DNA of 64,000 bases from Gammaproteobacteria bacterium (lineage in GTDB: Bacteria > Pseudomonadota > Gammaproteobacteria > PS1 > Pseudothioglobaceae), in the NCBI GenBank assembly GCA_965277055.1, contig OZ255703.1, positions 1,181,695 to 1,245,694 of the forward strand. Direction: 5' to 3'. This document shows, piece after piece, positions 54,303 through 63,947 of the stretch. Under the pieces are notes generated by a model, which had not been told where the DNA came from, made no database searches, and saw only the letters and a list, made by a program, of their open reading frames with translations. The translations under genes and the position numbers were made by a program. Position 1 is the stretch's first letter. Every line of letters begins with the position of its first letter.

Positions 54303-55574
54303 GTGAAAACAATTCTTGCTAAGACTATTTATCTTGCTATGTTTACTGGCTTATTAACAGGATGTGGAGGCGGAGGTGGTAGTGATAGCCCTAGTCAAAC
54401 TAGCGGGAATTTTAGAGATGCTAATGTTGTAGGGTTGGAGTATCAATCTGGGTCAAATGAACCCTCTGTAACTGGAACTAATGGTTCATATATATGTAAC
54501 AATGGTGAAAATGTAAGATTCTTTTTAGGGAATGTAAATTTTGGTTCAGCGCTTTGTAAAAGCTTAATTACTCCCATTGATCTCGTTGAAAATGGCGATG
54601 TGACTAATCCAGAGGTTCTGAACATAGTACGATTTTTAAATTATATTGATGATGGGTCAGATAACGAAATAACAATCTCTGAAGATGTAAGAACTAAGTT
54701 TAATACTGAACTTTCTACTAATCTTATGACCTTTAATACTACTACGTTTACTATACCTACAGAAATTAGCAGTTTATCTGGTTTTGAAACCAAAACCCTT
54801 CCAACTGTTGCATCTGCAACAGCGCATATTACTAGGTCATTACGTTGCGCATATGGCGGAATTTTTACTGGCTTGTCTGAGTTGGAAATTGTAATTAATA
54901 ATCAATCTTTTAAAAGGAGTAATAAAACTGGTATTATGATTGATCCTATTACAGGAACATTTGAAGGGCTTTCATATGTTCAGGATGATGACACACTCAC
55001 TGGTGAATATGATGAATTAGTTTCAAGTATTGCTTTTTCATTAGATAATAATAGAAAAGCAATATATTCCAATAGCTACAAGGGGACTATGTCGGGTGTG
55101 TCTATGGATTTGACAGAGAATGGGTATTTGGAAATGCCTACTGTTAATAATGTAAATGGCAATATAGATATACGTGGTACTGCTGAGTATAATGGGCAAT
55201 TTATGAACGTAAGTGGTAAACTAATTCTAAATACTACTAGAATTGGTAATATGACAGATGCAAAGCATAGAGTCGTGGGTAAGTATACAAGTGCTAATGA
55301 TTTATTTAATGGATATTATGCAGTTGATATTGATGCTAATAATAGTGTTACAGGATATATGTACGACCCTGATGGCACTATCAATACAGTAGCCGTTTCT
55401 GGAAGTATTACTGATTCAACCCTGACTGCTACCATTCGTGATAATTTGGAAAATGTGAGTGCTACCATCACTGCCACTGTTGATTTAAATGCAGGCACTC
55501 TATCCAATGGCACATGGTCGTCAATAGATGGCTATAATGGAACTCTTACAGGGAAGATGTGCCAACTAAACTAA
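54303..55574 (+). CDS. lipoprotein, hypothetical (423 aa)
   Basis: GTG start; lipobox LLTGC followed by GGGGGSDSPSQ; Thr/Asn/Gly-rich, probably beta-rich. Confidence 0.65.
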   Translation: MKTILAKTIYLAMFTGLLTGCGGGGGSDSPSQTSGNFRDANVVGLEYQSGSNEPSVTGTNGSYICNNGENVRFFLGNVNFGSALCKSLITPIDLVENGDVTNPEVLNIVRFLNYIDDGSDNEITISEDVRTKFNTELSTNLMTFNTTTFTIPTEISSLSGFETKTLPTVASATAHITRSLRCAYGGIFTGLSELEIVINNQSFKRSNKTGIMIDPITGTFEGLSYVQDDDTLTGEYDELVSSIAFSLDNNRKAIYSNSYKGTMSGVSMDLTENGYLEMPTVNNVNGNIDIRGTAEYNGQFMNVSGKLILNTTRIGNMTDAKHRVVGKYTSANDLFNGYYAVDIDANNSVTGYMYDPDGTINTVAVSGSITDSTLTATIRDNLENVSATITATVDLNAGTLSNGTWSSIDGYNGTLTGKMCQLN

Positions 55575-55667
55575 ATTAGACTAGTTACACAACTCGTTCA
55601 TGAGTATATATTAGTTAATGCTTATATAATGGTATAATCACGGGTTTGTATTTATAAATCCAAATTC

Positions 55668-57194
55668 GTGATTATTGCCCGTACTATTCTTAATTCTCTT
55701 TCCCCTAATGTTATTAAAAATGATGTCCTTTCTGGGCTGACTGTAGCATTAGCATTGGTTCCTGAAGCAGTAGCATTTGCCCTCTTAGCAGGAGTACATC
55801 CACTGGTTGGGCTGTATGCAGCATTTACTATGGGGTTGATTGCTGGTGTGTTTGGGGGGCGTCCTGGGATGATTACTGGGGCAACAGGAGCTATTGCTGT
55901 AGTTATTGCACCATTAGTTGCAAGCCACGGGGTGGAGTTTTTATTCTTAGCTGTGGTATTGGCTGGAATTTTACAAATGCTATTTGGGATGTTGCGACTG
56001 GGTAAATTTATCCGCTTAGTTCCTCACCCAGTGTTTTTAGGTTTTGTCAATGGTTTAGCACTCGTGATTGGTATTGCCCAAATCAAGCAATTTCAGGTAG
56101 ATGGAGCATGGATTACCGGTGAGCCTTTACTCATCATGGCGATAATTATTATTGCTACCATGGCTATTATGCATTATTTGCCTCGTATTACTAAGGCATT
56201 CCCAAGTACCTTATTTGCCATTATTGTCCTTTCGCTTGTGGTCATTGGTTTTGATATTGATACGCGGACGGTGGGCGACGTTGCATCTATTAAAGGTGGA
56301 TTGCCGAGTTTTCATTTGCCTGAAGTTGCTGTTACGATAGATACATTGCTTATTGTCTTACCATATGCAGTGATGATTGCCTTAGTAGGGTTGATTGAAA
56401 GTTTACTAACGCTCAATCTGATTGACGAACTCACAGAAACCACCGGTAAGCCCAATAAAGAAAGTATTGCCCAAGGCTTAGCAAATACTACCACTGGATT
56501 ATTTGGCGGCATGGGTGGTTGTGCTATGGTCGGGCAAAGTATGATTAATGTAAAGTCTGGTGGTACAACTAAAATGAGTGCTATTGTGGCGAGTGTATTT
56601 TTATTATTATTTATCGTTTCATTTTCTAAATATATTGAGATGATTCCAATTGCAGTACTTATTGGCGTGATGTTTATGGTGGTGATAGGCACGTTCCAGT
56701 GGTGTAGCCTGCGTCTTTTTGGTAAGGTTCCCATACCAGATATTATTACTGGGATTAGTGTAGCAGTTATAACTGTACTGACTGACAACCTAGCAATTGC
56801 GGTGATTGTGGGGATTATTATGTCTGCACTCACCTTTGCTTGGCAACATGCAAAACATATTCATGCTACGAGTGAAGTAGAAGGGAATACCAAAATATAT
56901 AGCGTAAATGGGGTGCTATTTTTTGCTAATACTACACAGTTTTTAAGTTTATTTGATATTAAACATGACCCTGAAGTAATCTATATTGACTTTGCTAATT
57001 CGCGTATTACCGATCATTCTGCGATTGAAGTTATTGATAAACTCGCTGAAAAATATACCAAAAAACAAAAAGAATTACATCTGTTGCATTTAAGTAATGA
57101 GTGTATTGAACTCTTGGAATCTGCCAAAGGATTGGTAGATGTTAATATTTCTGAAGATCCAAGATATCATGTAGCAGATGATAAAATAGCATAA
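55668..57194 (+). CDS. SulP-family anion (sulfate) permease with STAS domain
   Basis: 508 aa; LSGLTVALALVPEAVAFA motif, about 11 helices, C-terminal STAS (YSVNGVLFFANT). Confidence 0.9.
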   Translation: MIIARTILNSLSPNVIKNDVLSGLTVALALVPEAVAFALLAGVHPLVGLYAAFTMGLIAGVFGGRPGMITGATGAIAVVIAPLVASHGVEFLFLAVVLAGILQMLFGMLRLGKFIRLVPHPVFLGFVNGLALVIGIAQIKQFQVDGAWITGEPLLIMAIIIIATMAIMHYLPRITKAFPSTLFAIIVLSLVVIGFDIDTRTVGDVASIKGGLPSFHLPEVAVTIDTLLIVLPYAVMIALVGLIESLLTLNLIDELTETTGKPNKESIAQGLANTTTGLFGGMGGCAMVGQSMINVKSGGTTKMSAIVASVFLLLFIVSFSKYIEMIPIAVLIGVMFMVVIGTFQWCSLRLFGKVPIPDIITGISVAVITVLTDNLAIAVIVGIIMSALTFAWQHAKHIHATSEVEGNTKIYSVNGVLFFANTTQFLSLFDIKHDPEVIYIDFANSRITDHSAIEVIDKLAEKYTKKQKELHLLHLSNECIELLESAKGLVDVNISEDPRYHVADDKIA

Positions 57195-57270
57195 TAAATA
57201 TTTAAGCACTTGATTTTTACTACATAGCTCCTATATTAAGATTGTATTATTTATTTTTTAGGAGTAAATT

Positions 57271-57735
57271 ATGAAATATCTAAACACAAAAAATGGGATT
57301 ACACTACCTGTACTTGCTTTAGCAATGGGAACTAGTTCACCAGCATTTTCGTATAACTTTGATAATTTCCATCAACGTTTTAATATACATATGCAAGATG
57401 CATATCGTGGCTTGCAGGAATCTGTTGAGGCTAGTCAATATACCTCAACAAGCTCTATGAGATATTTTGACGAACAAGCAAATGCGTATATTATTAAGTT
57501 ACGTACCACCATTCCAAAAGAGCAACTCAGTATTAGTTTGGAAAAAAATTATCTTGTAGTTACAGGTAATCATAAAGATGATAAGTCTAAGCATAATTTT
57601 TCGCAAACTATGAGTTTACCAAAGTATGCTGATAAAGAGCAAATTAGTGCCAAATACACTGATCAAATACTCACGATTACCATTCCTCGTAAGACAGCAG
57701 AGTCAAATCAACCCCGCACTATTGAGATTGAATAA
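57271..57735 (+). CDS. Hsp20/alpha-crystallin-like protein with an N-terminal signal peptide
   Basis: 154 aa; signal-like LPVLALAMGTSSPAFS; core YIIKLRT..PKEQLSISLEKNYLVVTGNHK...FSQTMSLPKYADKEQISAKYTDQILTITIPRK. Confidence 0.65.
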   Translation: MKYLNTKNGITLPVLALAMGTSSPAFSYNFDNFHQRFNIHMQDAYRGLQESVEASQYTSTSSMRYFDEQANAYIIKLRTTIPKEQLSISLEKNYLVVTGNHKDDKSKHNFSQTMSLPKYADKEQISAKYTDQILTITIPRKTAESNQPRTIEIE

Positions 57736-57764
57736 TCACTATATAAAAATCTGATAAAACCTGG

Positions 57765-57796
57765 CAAAAAAGCCCTCTCCCTAGAGGGTTTTTTTG
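57765..57796 (+). terminator. rho-independent terminator
   Basis: ccctct-ccct-agaggg followed by ttttttt. Confidence 0.7.
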
Positions 57797-57839
57797 GTAT
57801 GATGGCGCATGATATGCATAGCCAACATTAAGCCCTATT

Positions 57840-59666
57840 ATGGAAATTGAAGAACTCGAAGTTTTTGATTTTCTCCATACCACCACCCCACTTGAGGGAG
57901 CGGACACCGCACATCTTAGTCAACTTGTTCAGCATACCCGTTCATTTTATAAAAAACGAGGCTCGCTCTTAAGTATTAATAATGAATATATCTATCTCGT
58001 TCATAAAGGAGCAGTAGGTGTTCGTAATGAAGCAGGGGAGACCATAGAAGTCTTTGCTGAGCGAGACTGGTTTGGTTGTAATACTACACTCTTAACATAT
58101 CAGCATATTTGCAAAGAAGATACATTATGCTACCAAATTCTTAAGGAAGAATTTTTTCGAATTTTCTCTGGTGTAGATGAAATCAATGAATTTTTTATTC
58201 AAAATATTGCAGTCAATACTAAGATTAAGCGTCACCATGGGTTTTTAGGAGATTCGGTGATGAATTTAAGCCGAGCACTAGATGTTGTTATTGTCAGTGA
58301 AGATACTACAATATTTACCGTAGCAGAGATGATGACTAGGCAAAATACTACAGCAATTTTAGTGCAAAACACTGATGGGATGTTGAGCGGCATAGTGACA
58401 GATAGAGCCATGTGTACTAAAGTAGTTGCTGAGAACTTGTCTTCTGAAGCACCTATTACTAGTATTATGACTCCTCAGCCAATTACTATTCAACATTATG
58501 AAAGTGGCTCTAAGGCGATGCTAGACATGGCTAAATCAAATATTCGCCATTTGCCAATTATGGATAATGCCCGTGTGGTTGGTATATTGACTGCTGCAGA
58601 TTTACTGCGTAAGCAAAGTCATAATGTCGTATTTCTGTTAGGCGAAGTGCAACAAGCTAAAACAGTGGATGAATTGGTAAAAGTTTCAACACATTTGCCA
58701 TTAGCACTCACTTCAAGTATAGAAAATAACTTAGATGAACATCATATTGCCTATAGTCTTTCGACTATTGGTAGAGCCATTTTGGTTCGTCTTATTAAGC
58801 AATTTGAACATCAGCATGGAAATGCACCGATTCCTTATGCATTTGTAGTAGCAGGCTCTCAAGCACGAGGCGAGCAAATACTGCATAGTGATCAAGATAA
58901 TTTAATTATTTTAAGTAATGAATATAAAGAGAGTGAGCACGGGGAGTATTTTGCTCAGCTTGCTCACTACGTCAGTGATGGACTCGATAAATGTGGGTAT
59001 ATTTACTGCCCAGGTGGTATTATGGCATCGCATCCTAAGCTTAGAGTATCCTTACAAACTTGGATAGAATACTTTACAAAATGGATATGTGTGCCTGATC
59101 CTAAAGCATTACTTAATGCTAGTATTTTCTTTGATATGAAATGTTTGTACGGAGACAGTTCTTTACTAGATACACTTAGAAAAGAGATACTGACTATGAG
59201 CCAAAAGAATACAATATTTTTAACACATATGGCAGCAAATGCTCTGCAATATCAGCCTCCACTTGGGTTTTTTAGAAATCTCATTTTTGATAAAAATGAT
59301 GCGCATGAAGAAGTGCTAGATTTAAAACTCAGAGGGGTAAGCCCGATTATTGATATGGTGCGAGTATATGCTATCTCCCATCAAGTAGGTGCTATTAACA
59401 CTACAGATAGAATGAACCAATTATTATTAAATGGAGGTATGAGTGTATCTGGTGCGACTGAACTGATTGAAGCATATACCATGATAAATACCATACGCAT
59501 TAAGCACCAAGCAGAACAAGTACGCATAGGGGAGAATGTGAACAATGTAGTACAGCCTGCGGATATTTCATCGCTTAATAAAAAATATTTAAAAGACGCA
59601 TTTAAAGTAGTATCAGCAATGCAAGAAGCAATGGCAAGCAGATATGCTACCAGTACATTAACCTAA
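57840..59666 (+). CDS. cNMP-binding / CBS-pair / DUF294 nucleotidyltransferase multidomain protein
   Basis: 608 aa. N-terminal cyclic-nucleotide-binding-like fold, two CBS motifs (ILVQNTDGMLSGIVTDR, HLPIMDNARVVGILTAADL), NTase core AGSQARGEQILHSDQDN, C-terminal helical DUF294_C-like region. Confidence 0.8.
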   Translation: MEIEELEVFDFLHTTTPLEGADTAHLSQLVQHTRSFYKKRGSLLSINNEYIYLVHKGAVGVRNEAGETIEVFAERDWFGCNTTLLTYQHICKEDTLCYQILKEEFFRIFSGVDEINEFFIQNIAVNTKIKRHHGFLGDSVMNLSRALDVVIVSEDTTIFTVAEMMTRQNTTAILVQNTDGMLSGIVTDRAMCTKVVAENLSSEAPITSIMTPQPITIQHYESGSKAMLDMAKSNIRHLPIMDNARVVGILTAADLLRKQSHNVVFLLGEVQQAKTVDELVKVSTHLPLALTSSIENNLDEHHIAYSLSTIGRAILVRLIKQFEHQHGNAPIPYAFVVAGSQARGEQILHSDQDNLIILSNEYKESEHGEYFAQLAHYVSDGLDKCGYIYCPGGIMASHPKLRVSLQTWIEYFTKWICVPDPKALLNASIFFDMKCLYGDSSLLDTLRKEILTMSQKNTIFLTHMAANALQYQPPLGFFRNLIFDKNDAHEEVLDLKLRGVSPIIDMVRVYAISHQVGAINTTDRMNQLLLNGGMSVSGATELIEAYTMINTIRIKHQAEQVRIGENVNNVVQPADISSLNKKYLKDAFKVVSAMQEAMASRYATSTLT

Positions 59667-59672
59667 AGTACA

Positions 59673-60347
59673 ATGATAAGACTGCACTCTTTCTTTTCAT
59701 CCAAGCAGACACATATTCCTCACCCTGTGTTAGATGAGTATCTTAATCTACCACTGGTAGATAAGCAAAGTCTATTAAAGGATTGTACTTTTATGGTGCT
59801 GGATTTTGAAACTACTGGGCTCAACCACAAAGAAGATAATTTGGTAAGTATGGGTTGGGTAGAGATTGAGCAGTTAGCGATTAATTTAGGAAGTAGTAAA
59901 CATATTATGATTAATCCTAAGAATAAACTCACTACAGAGAGTATTCTCATTCATAAACTCACAAATGACGAATTACAGCAAGGGTTATCTATTAGTGTAG
60001 CGATGGAAATGTTATTAACGCATATGCAAAATAAAATACTTGTAGTACATTTTCGGATGATTGAAGAGCAATTTATTAATGAGATTTGCTATCGGCTATA
60101 TGGATTAAAAAAACTCCCTATGCGCATGATTGACACGCTAGAAATAGAACTCAATAAACATCCAACACTTGCAGATCCTGGTCCTAGTGAAGGATATCGG
60201 TTGAATAATTTACGAGAAAAGTACCATCTCCCTAGATACAAAGCGCATAACGCAACTATTGATGCTTTAGCTACAGCTGAGTTGTTTTTAGCTCAGCTGA
60301 ATTGGATGGAAAAAGAATCGAATACGAAATTACAGGAGTTACTATGA
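59673..60347 (+). CDS. DEDD-type 3'-5' exonuclease (DnaQ/epsilon-like)
   Basis: 224 aa; FMVLDFETTGL (Exo I) and HNATIDALATAELF (Exo III, HxxxD). Confidence 0.8.
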   Translation: MIRLHSFFSSKQTHIPHPVLDEYLNLPLVDKQSLLKDCTFMVLDFETTGLNHKEDNLVSMGWVEIEQLAINLGSSKHIMINPKNKLTTESILIHKLTNDELQQGLSISVAMEMLLTHMQNKILVVHFRMIEEQFINEICYRLYGLKKLPMRMIDTLEIELNKHPTLADPGPSEGYRLNNLREKYHLPRYKAHNATIDALATAELFLAQLNWMEKESNTKLQELL

Positions 60348-61477
60348 GCGTAATTACGAATATTGAAGACTTGCGACAGTTAGCGAAGAAAAAAGTCCCC
60401 AAATTCATCTTTGATTATGTAGATAGAGGTTCTTATGATGAATTGACTTTGCATAGAAATCGCACTAAAATTTCAGACATACCTCTTCGGCAGCGAGTCT
60501 TTATTGATGTAGATTATAGAGATACTTCTGTGGACATGCTTGGTGAGCATTGGGATATGCCTATTGGTATAGCACCTACAGGCCTCACTGGTATTATGCA
60601 CGCTAATGGTGAAATTTATGGTGCCCAAGTAGCAGAGGAGAAGAATATTCCTTTTTGCCTGAGCACAATGTCTATTTGTTCAATAGAGCAGGTTAAAGCT
60701 GAGACTAGTAAACCATTTTGGTTTCAACTATATGTTATGCGCGATAGAGCATTTGTGAAAAATTTAATCCTAAGAGCCAAAGAAGCTCAATGCTCTGCAT
60801 TAGTTTTGACCGCAGATTTACAAATTCAAGGACAGCGTCATCAAGATATAAAAAATGGACTCACAGTCCCGCCAAAAGTCACATTGCGAAATTTACTTGA
60901 TTTGATTTCTAAACCCACATGGGGGTTCAAAATGTTAGGAGCAAAAAGTAAAACCTTTGGTAACCTAACTGAGTATATAAATTCAAGTAATATAGCAACA
61001 TTATCAGAATGGATTGCCAAACAATTTGATGCTTCACTCACATGGGATGATATTAATTTTGTGCGTGAATATTGGGATAAAAAACTAATAATTAAAGGTA
61101 TTATTGATCCAGAAGATGCACGTAAATGTGTGGAATATGAAGCAGATGCGCTCATTGTTTCTAATCACGGTGGCAGGCAGTTAGATGGCGGACTTTCAGC
61201 GATAGAAGCATTGCCACATATTGTGGATGCAGTGGGCAATGATATTGAAGTGTACTTTGATAGTGGTATTAAAAATGGGGCAGATGTGTTACGAGCGATG
61301 TCACTAGGTGCTAAAGGTACATTCATTGGTAAATCCTTTTTGTATGGTTTGGGTGCAAGAGGAAAAAAAGGAGTGGCAACTGCCATTGAGATTTTGCAAA
61401 AAGAACTCGATGTCAGTATGGCACTTACAGGGAGTGGTTCAATTTCATCAGTTAATAGGAATAATATTATATTATGA
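60344..61477 (+). CDS. FMN-dependent alpha-hydroxy-acid dehydrogenase/oxidase (LldD/glycolate-oxidase family)
   Basis: MSVITNIEDLRQLAKKKVPKFIFDYVDRGSYDE..., SNHGGRQLD, DSGIKNGADVLRAMSLGA. ATGA overlap with the upstream gene. Confidence 0.85.
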   Translation: MSVITNIEDLRQLAKKKVPKFIFDYVDRGSYDELTLHRNRTKISDIPLRQRVFIDVDYRDTSVDMLGEHWDMPIGIAPTGLTGIMHANGEIYGAQVAEEKNIPFCLSTMSICSIEQVKAETSKPFWFQLYVMRDRAFVKNLILRAKEAQCSALVLTADLQIQGQRHQDIKNGLTVPPKVTLRNLLDLISKPTWGFKMLGAKSKTFGNLTEYINSSNIATLSEWIAKQFDASLTWDDINFVREYWDKKLIIKGIIDPEDARKCVEYEADALIVSNHGGRQLDGGLSAIEALPHIVDAVGNDIEVYFDSGIKNGADVLRAMSLGAKGTFIGKSFLYGLGARGKKGVATAIEILQKELDVSMALTGSGSISSVNRNNIIL

Positions 61478-63102
61478 TTACCGTTGCAGAGTTATTTATT
61501 AAAGCGTTAGAAAATGAAGGTGTTGAGTATATTTTTGGGTTACCCGGTGAGGAAAATCTAGATTTACTTGAGGCTATTTCAAATTCAAACATCAAATTTA
61601 TTTTGACCCATGATGAGCGCAGTGCCGCCTTTATGGCTGCTACTTATGGCAGACTTACTGGCAATGCTGGAGTGTGTCTTTCCACATTGGGTCCTGGAGC
61701 TACCAATCTTACTACCGGACTAGCCTATGCTACACTTGGAGCGATGCCAATGGTTGCTATTACTGGGCAAAAACCCATTAAAGCAAGTCAGCAAGGTAAA
61801 TTTCAAGTGCTAGATATTGTGCGTATGGTCGAGCCTTTGGTGAAGTATGCCAAAAGTGTTTCTTATGGTTCACAAGCGTCTTCAATTATCCGTGATGCCT
61901 TTAGAGCAGCAGAAGAAGAGCGTCCAGGGGCGGTACATATTGAACTCCCAGAAGATATTGCCAATGATGAAGTAACTAACTATAAAATTTTTCCTGCACA
62001 ACATATCCACCGTTCATTTGCTACTGATAATGCAATTAGTATCGCAGCAGATGCAATTCGTAATGCGAAAAAACCATTGCTATTGATTGGTGCAGATGCT
62101 AATAGAAAAAATGTCTCAGCATGCCTTAATGATTTTATCAATAATCTTGATATCATGTTCTTTAACACCCAAATGGGTAAAGGAGTGGTAAATGTAGTAA
62201 ATAATGAGCATTTTATCGGTACTGCGGCTTTATCTTCAGATGACTATCTGCATAAAAAAGTAATTAAAGAAGCTGATTTAATTATTAATATTGGGCATGA
62301 TATTGTAGAAAAACCACCATTCTTAATGAGTGGTGACGAGCAAACCGTGATTCATATTAACTTTAATAGTGCTCAGATTAGAGATATTTATTACCCACAA
62401 ATTGAAGTAGTTGGTAATATTCGCCATACTGTTGAGAAGCTTACTGAAAAATTAAAAGATCATAAGTGTTCTAAAGAATGGGCAACAGGCTTTAGAGAGC
62501 AAATTAAAGAGATAATTCATCGCCACGATGAGGATTCTGCGTTTCCAGTCAAGCCCCAGCGTTTGGTTGCCGATGTGCGTAAGGTAATGGGAGAGCAAGA
62601 TATTGTATGTTTGGATAATGGGATGTTTAAAGTTTGGTTTGCAAGACATTATCATACGCATAAGATTCACACATTGCTGTTAGATAATGCACTTGCTACC
62701 ATGGGTGCGGGGTTACCTTCGGCAATTGCTGCGAAAATGATCAAGCCACATCGCAATGTATTAGCTGTATGTGGTGATGGTGGACTTATGATGAGTATTG
62801 GTGAAATTGAAACTGCTAAACGCTTGGGAGTGAATATCGTAGTGATGGTACTTGTGGATAATGCCTATGGTATGATTAAATGGAAGCAAAAAGGGCAAAA
62901 CCTCAAAGATTTTGGACTAGATTTTGAAAATCCTGACTTTATCAAACTAGCCGATAGTTATGGGCTTAAAGGCTATCGGGTAAATACTACTGAGGAATTA
63001 GTACCAACGCTAAGCGAGGCATTTACTAATTCAGAGCTAAGTATCGTCGAAGTACCAATTGATTATAGCGAGAACGACTTTATTTACCAGAGCGTGGAAT
63101 AA
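61474..63102 (+). CDS. thiamine-diphosphate enzyme, acetolactate-synthase/benzoylformate-decarboxylase-like
   Basis: 542 aa; GLPGEEN, canonical Glu in THDERSAAFMA, GPGATN, ThDP motif GDGGLMMSIGEIETAKRLGVNIVVMVLVDN. ATGA overlap with the upstream gene. Confidence 0.85.
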   Translation: MITVAELFIKALENEGVEYIFGLPGEENLDLLEAISNSNIKFILTHDERSAAFMAATYGRLTGNAGVCLSTLGPGATNLTTGLAYATLGAMPMVAITGQKPIKASQQGKFQVLDIVRMVEPLVKYAKSVSYGSQASSIIRDAFRAAEEERPGAVHIELPEDIANDEVTNYKIFPAQHIHRSFATDNAISIAADAIRNAKKPLLLIGADANRKNVSACLNDFINNLDIMFFNTQMGKGVVNVVNNEHFIGTAALSSDDYLHKKVIKEADLIINIGHDIVEKPPFLMSGDEQTVIHINFNSAQIRDIYYPQIEVVGNIRHTVEKLTEKLKDHKCSKEWATGFREQIKEIIHRHDEDSAFPVKPQRLVADVRKVMGEQDIVCLDNGMFKVWFARHYHTHKIHTLLLDNALATMGAGLPSAIAAKMIKPHRNVLAVCGDGGLMMSIGEIETAKRLGVNIVVMVLVDNAYGMIKWKQKGQNLKDFGLDFENPDFIKLADSYGLKGYRVNTTEELVPTLSEAFTNSELSIVEVPIDYSENDFIYQSVE

Positions 63103-63454
63103 TTTCTATTAACTTGTTTTCGTCACTAAAAAATAGGGTGAGTTGTGAAAATACACGCTCACCATCTATTAATGAATTATCAATATAATCCCAGCGATTT
63201 TTTCTAAAAGGATCATCAATCGTTGGGGAGCCAATGAGTTTTCTGACTTCAAATTTACTCATCCCTAGTTTAAGTGCATCTATTTGTTCTGCACTAATGC
63301 TTATTCCTTGAGTAAAATCTTTTTGATATCCATCAGGTAAGAGCACACTCGTAGCACTTGCTACACTCTCTACCCCTGATCGTAACGTATTACTTACATC
63401 GCTAAAACAGGAAGTTAAAAATATTACGGTTGTGAGAGAGAGTATTTTTTTCAT
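63080..63454 (-). CDS. bamE: outer-membrane assembly lipoprotein BamE
   Basis: 124 aa; lipobox FLTSC; LKLGMSKFEVRKLIGSPTIDDPFRKNRWDY core; divergent from fur. Confidence 0.85.
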   Translation of the reverse strand: MKKILSLTTVIFLTSCFSDVSNTLRSGVESVASATSVLLPDGYQKDFTQGISISAEQIDALKLGMSKFEVRKLIGSPTIDDPFRKNRWDYIDNSLIDGERVFSQLTLFFSDENKLIEIIPRSGK

Positions 63455-63511
63455 TGAATTAAATGCTAAAATGAAATAGATTTTACCATGAGTCCTATTT
63501 GTGACACAATA

Positions 63512-63943
63512 ATGAATATTGAAGATATTAAAAACGCAGGGTTAAAGGTAACAAACCCGCGGATTAAAATTTTAGAGATTCTGGAACAAAGTTCAAAGAA
63601 ACATTTGAGTGCTGATGATATTTACCGTGAGTTAGTGCTTAGTGGTGAGGAAATAGGAGTTGCTACTATTTACCGTGTGCTTACTCAGTTTGAACAAGTA
63701 GGGATGGTACATAAGCTCAATTTTGAAAGTACGGGTGCGGTATATGAGCTTGCTCATGCTGAGCATCATGATCATCTTGTTTGTATTCAATGTGGCAAAA
63801 TTCAGGAGTTTTCTAATGAAACAATTGAGTCATGCCAAACCAAAGTAGCTAATGAATTTGGCTATCAACTAACGGATCATTCGCTATATTTATATGGTAT
63901 TTGCCCTGATTGTCAGGCAAAAAATGTCCTAAAAAATAAATAA
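63512..63943 (+). CDS. fur: ferric uptake regulator
   Basis: LKVTNPRIKILEIL, ATIYRVLTQFEQVGMV, HHDHLVCIQCGKIQEF, CPDC. The track ORF starts at 63488. Confidence 0.9.
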   Translation: MNIEDIKNAGLKVTNPRIKILEILEQSSKKHLSADDIYRELVLSGEEIGVATIYRVLTQFEQVGMVHKLNFESTGAVYELAHAEHHDHLVCIQCGKIQEFSNETIESCQTKVANEFGYQLTDHSLYLYGICPDCQAKNVLKNK

Positions 63944-63947
63944 CACC

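Noticed and set aside
56312-56833. 173-aa minus-strand ORF
   Set aside because: Antisense to the SulP permease, whose membrane-protein periodicity and motifs are convincing.
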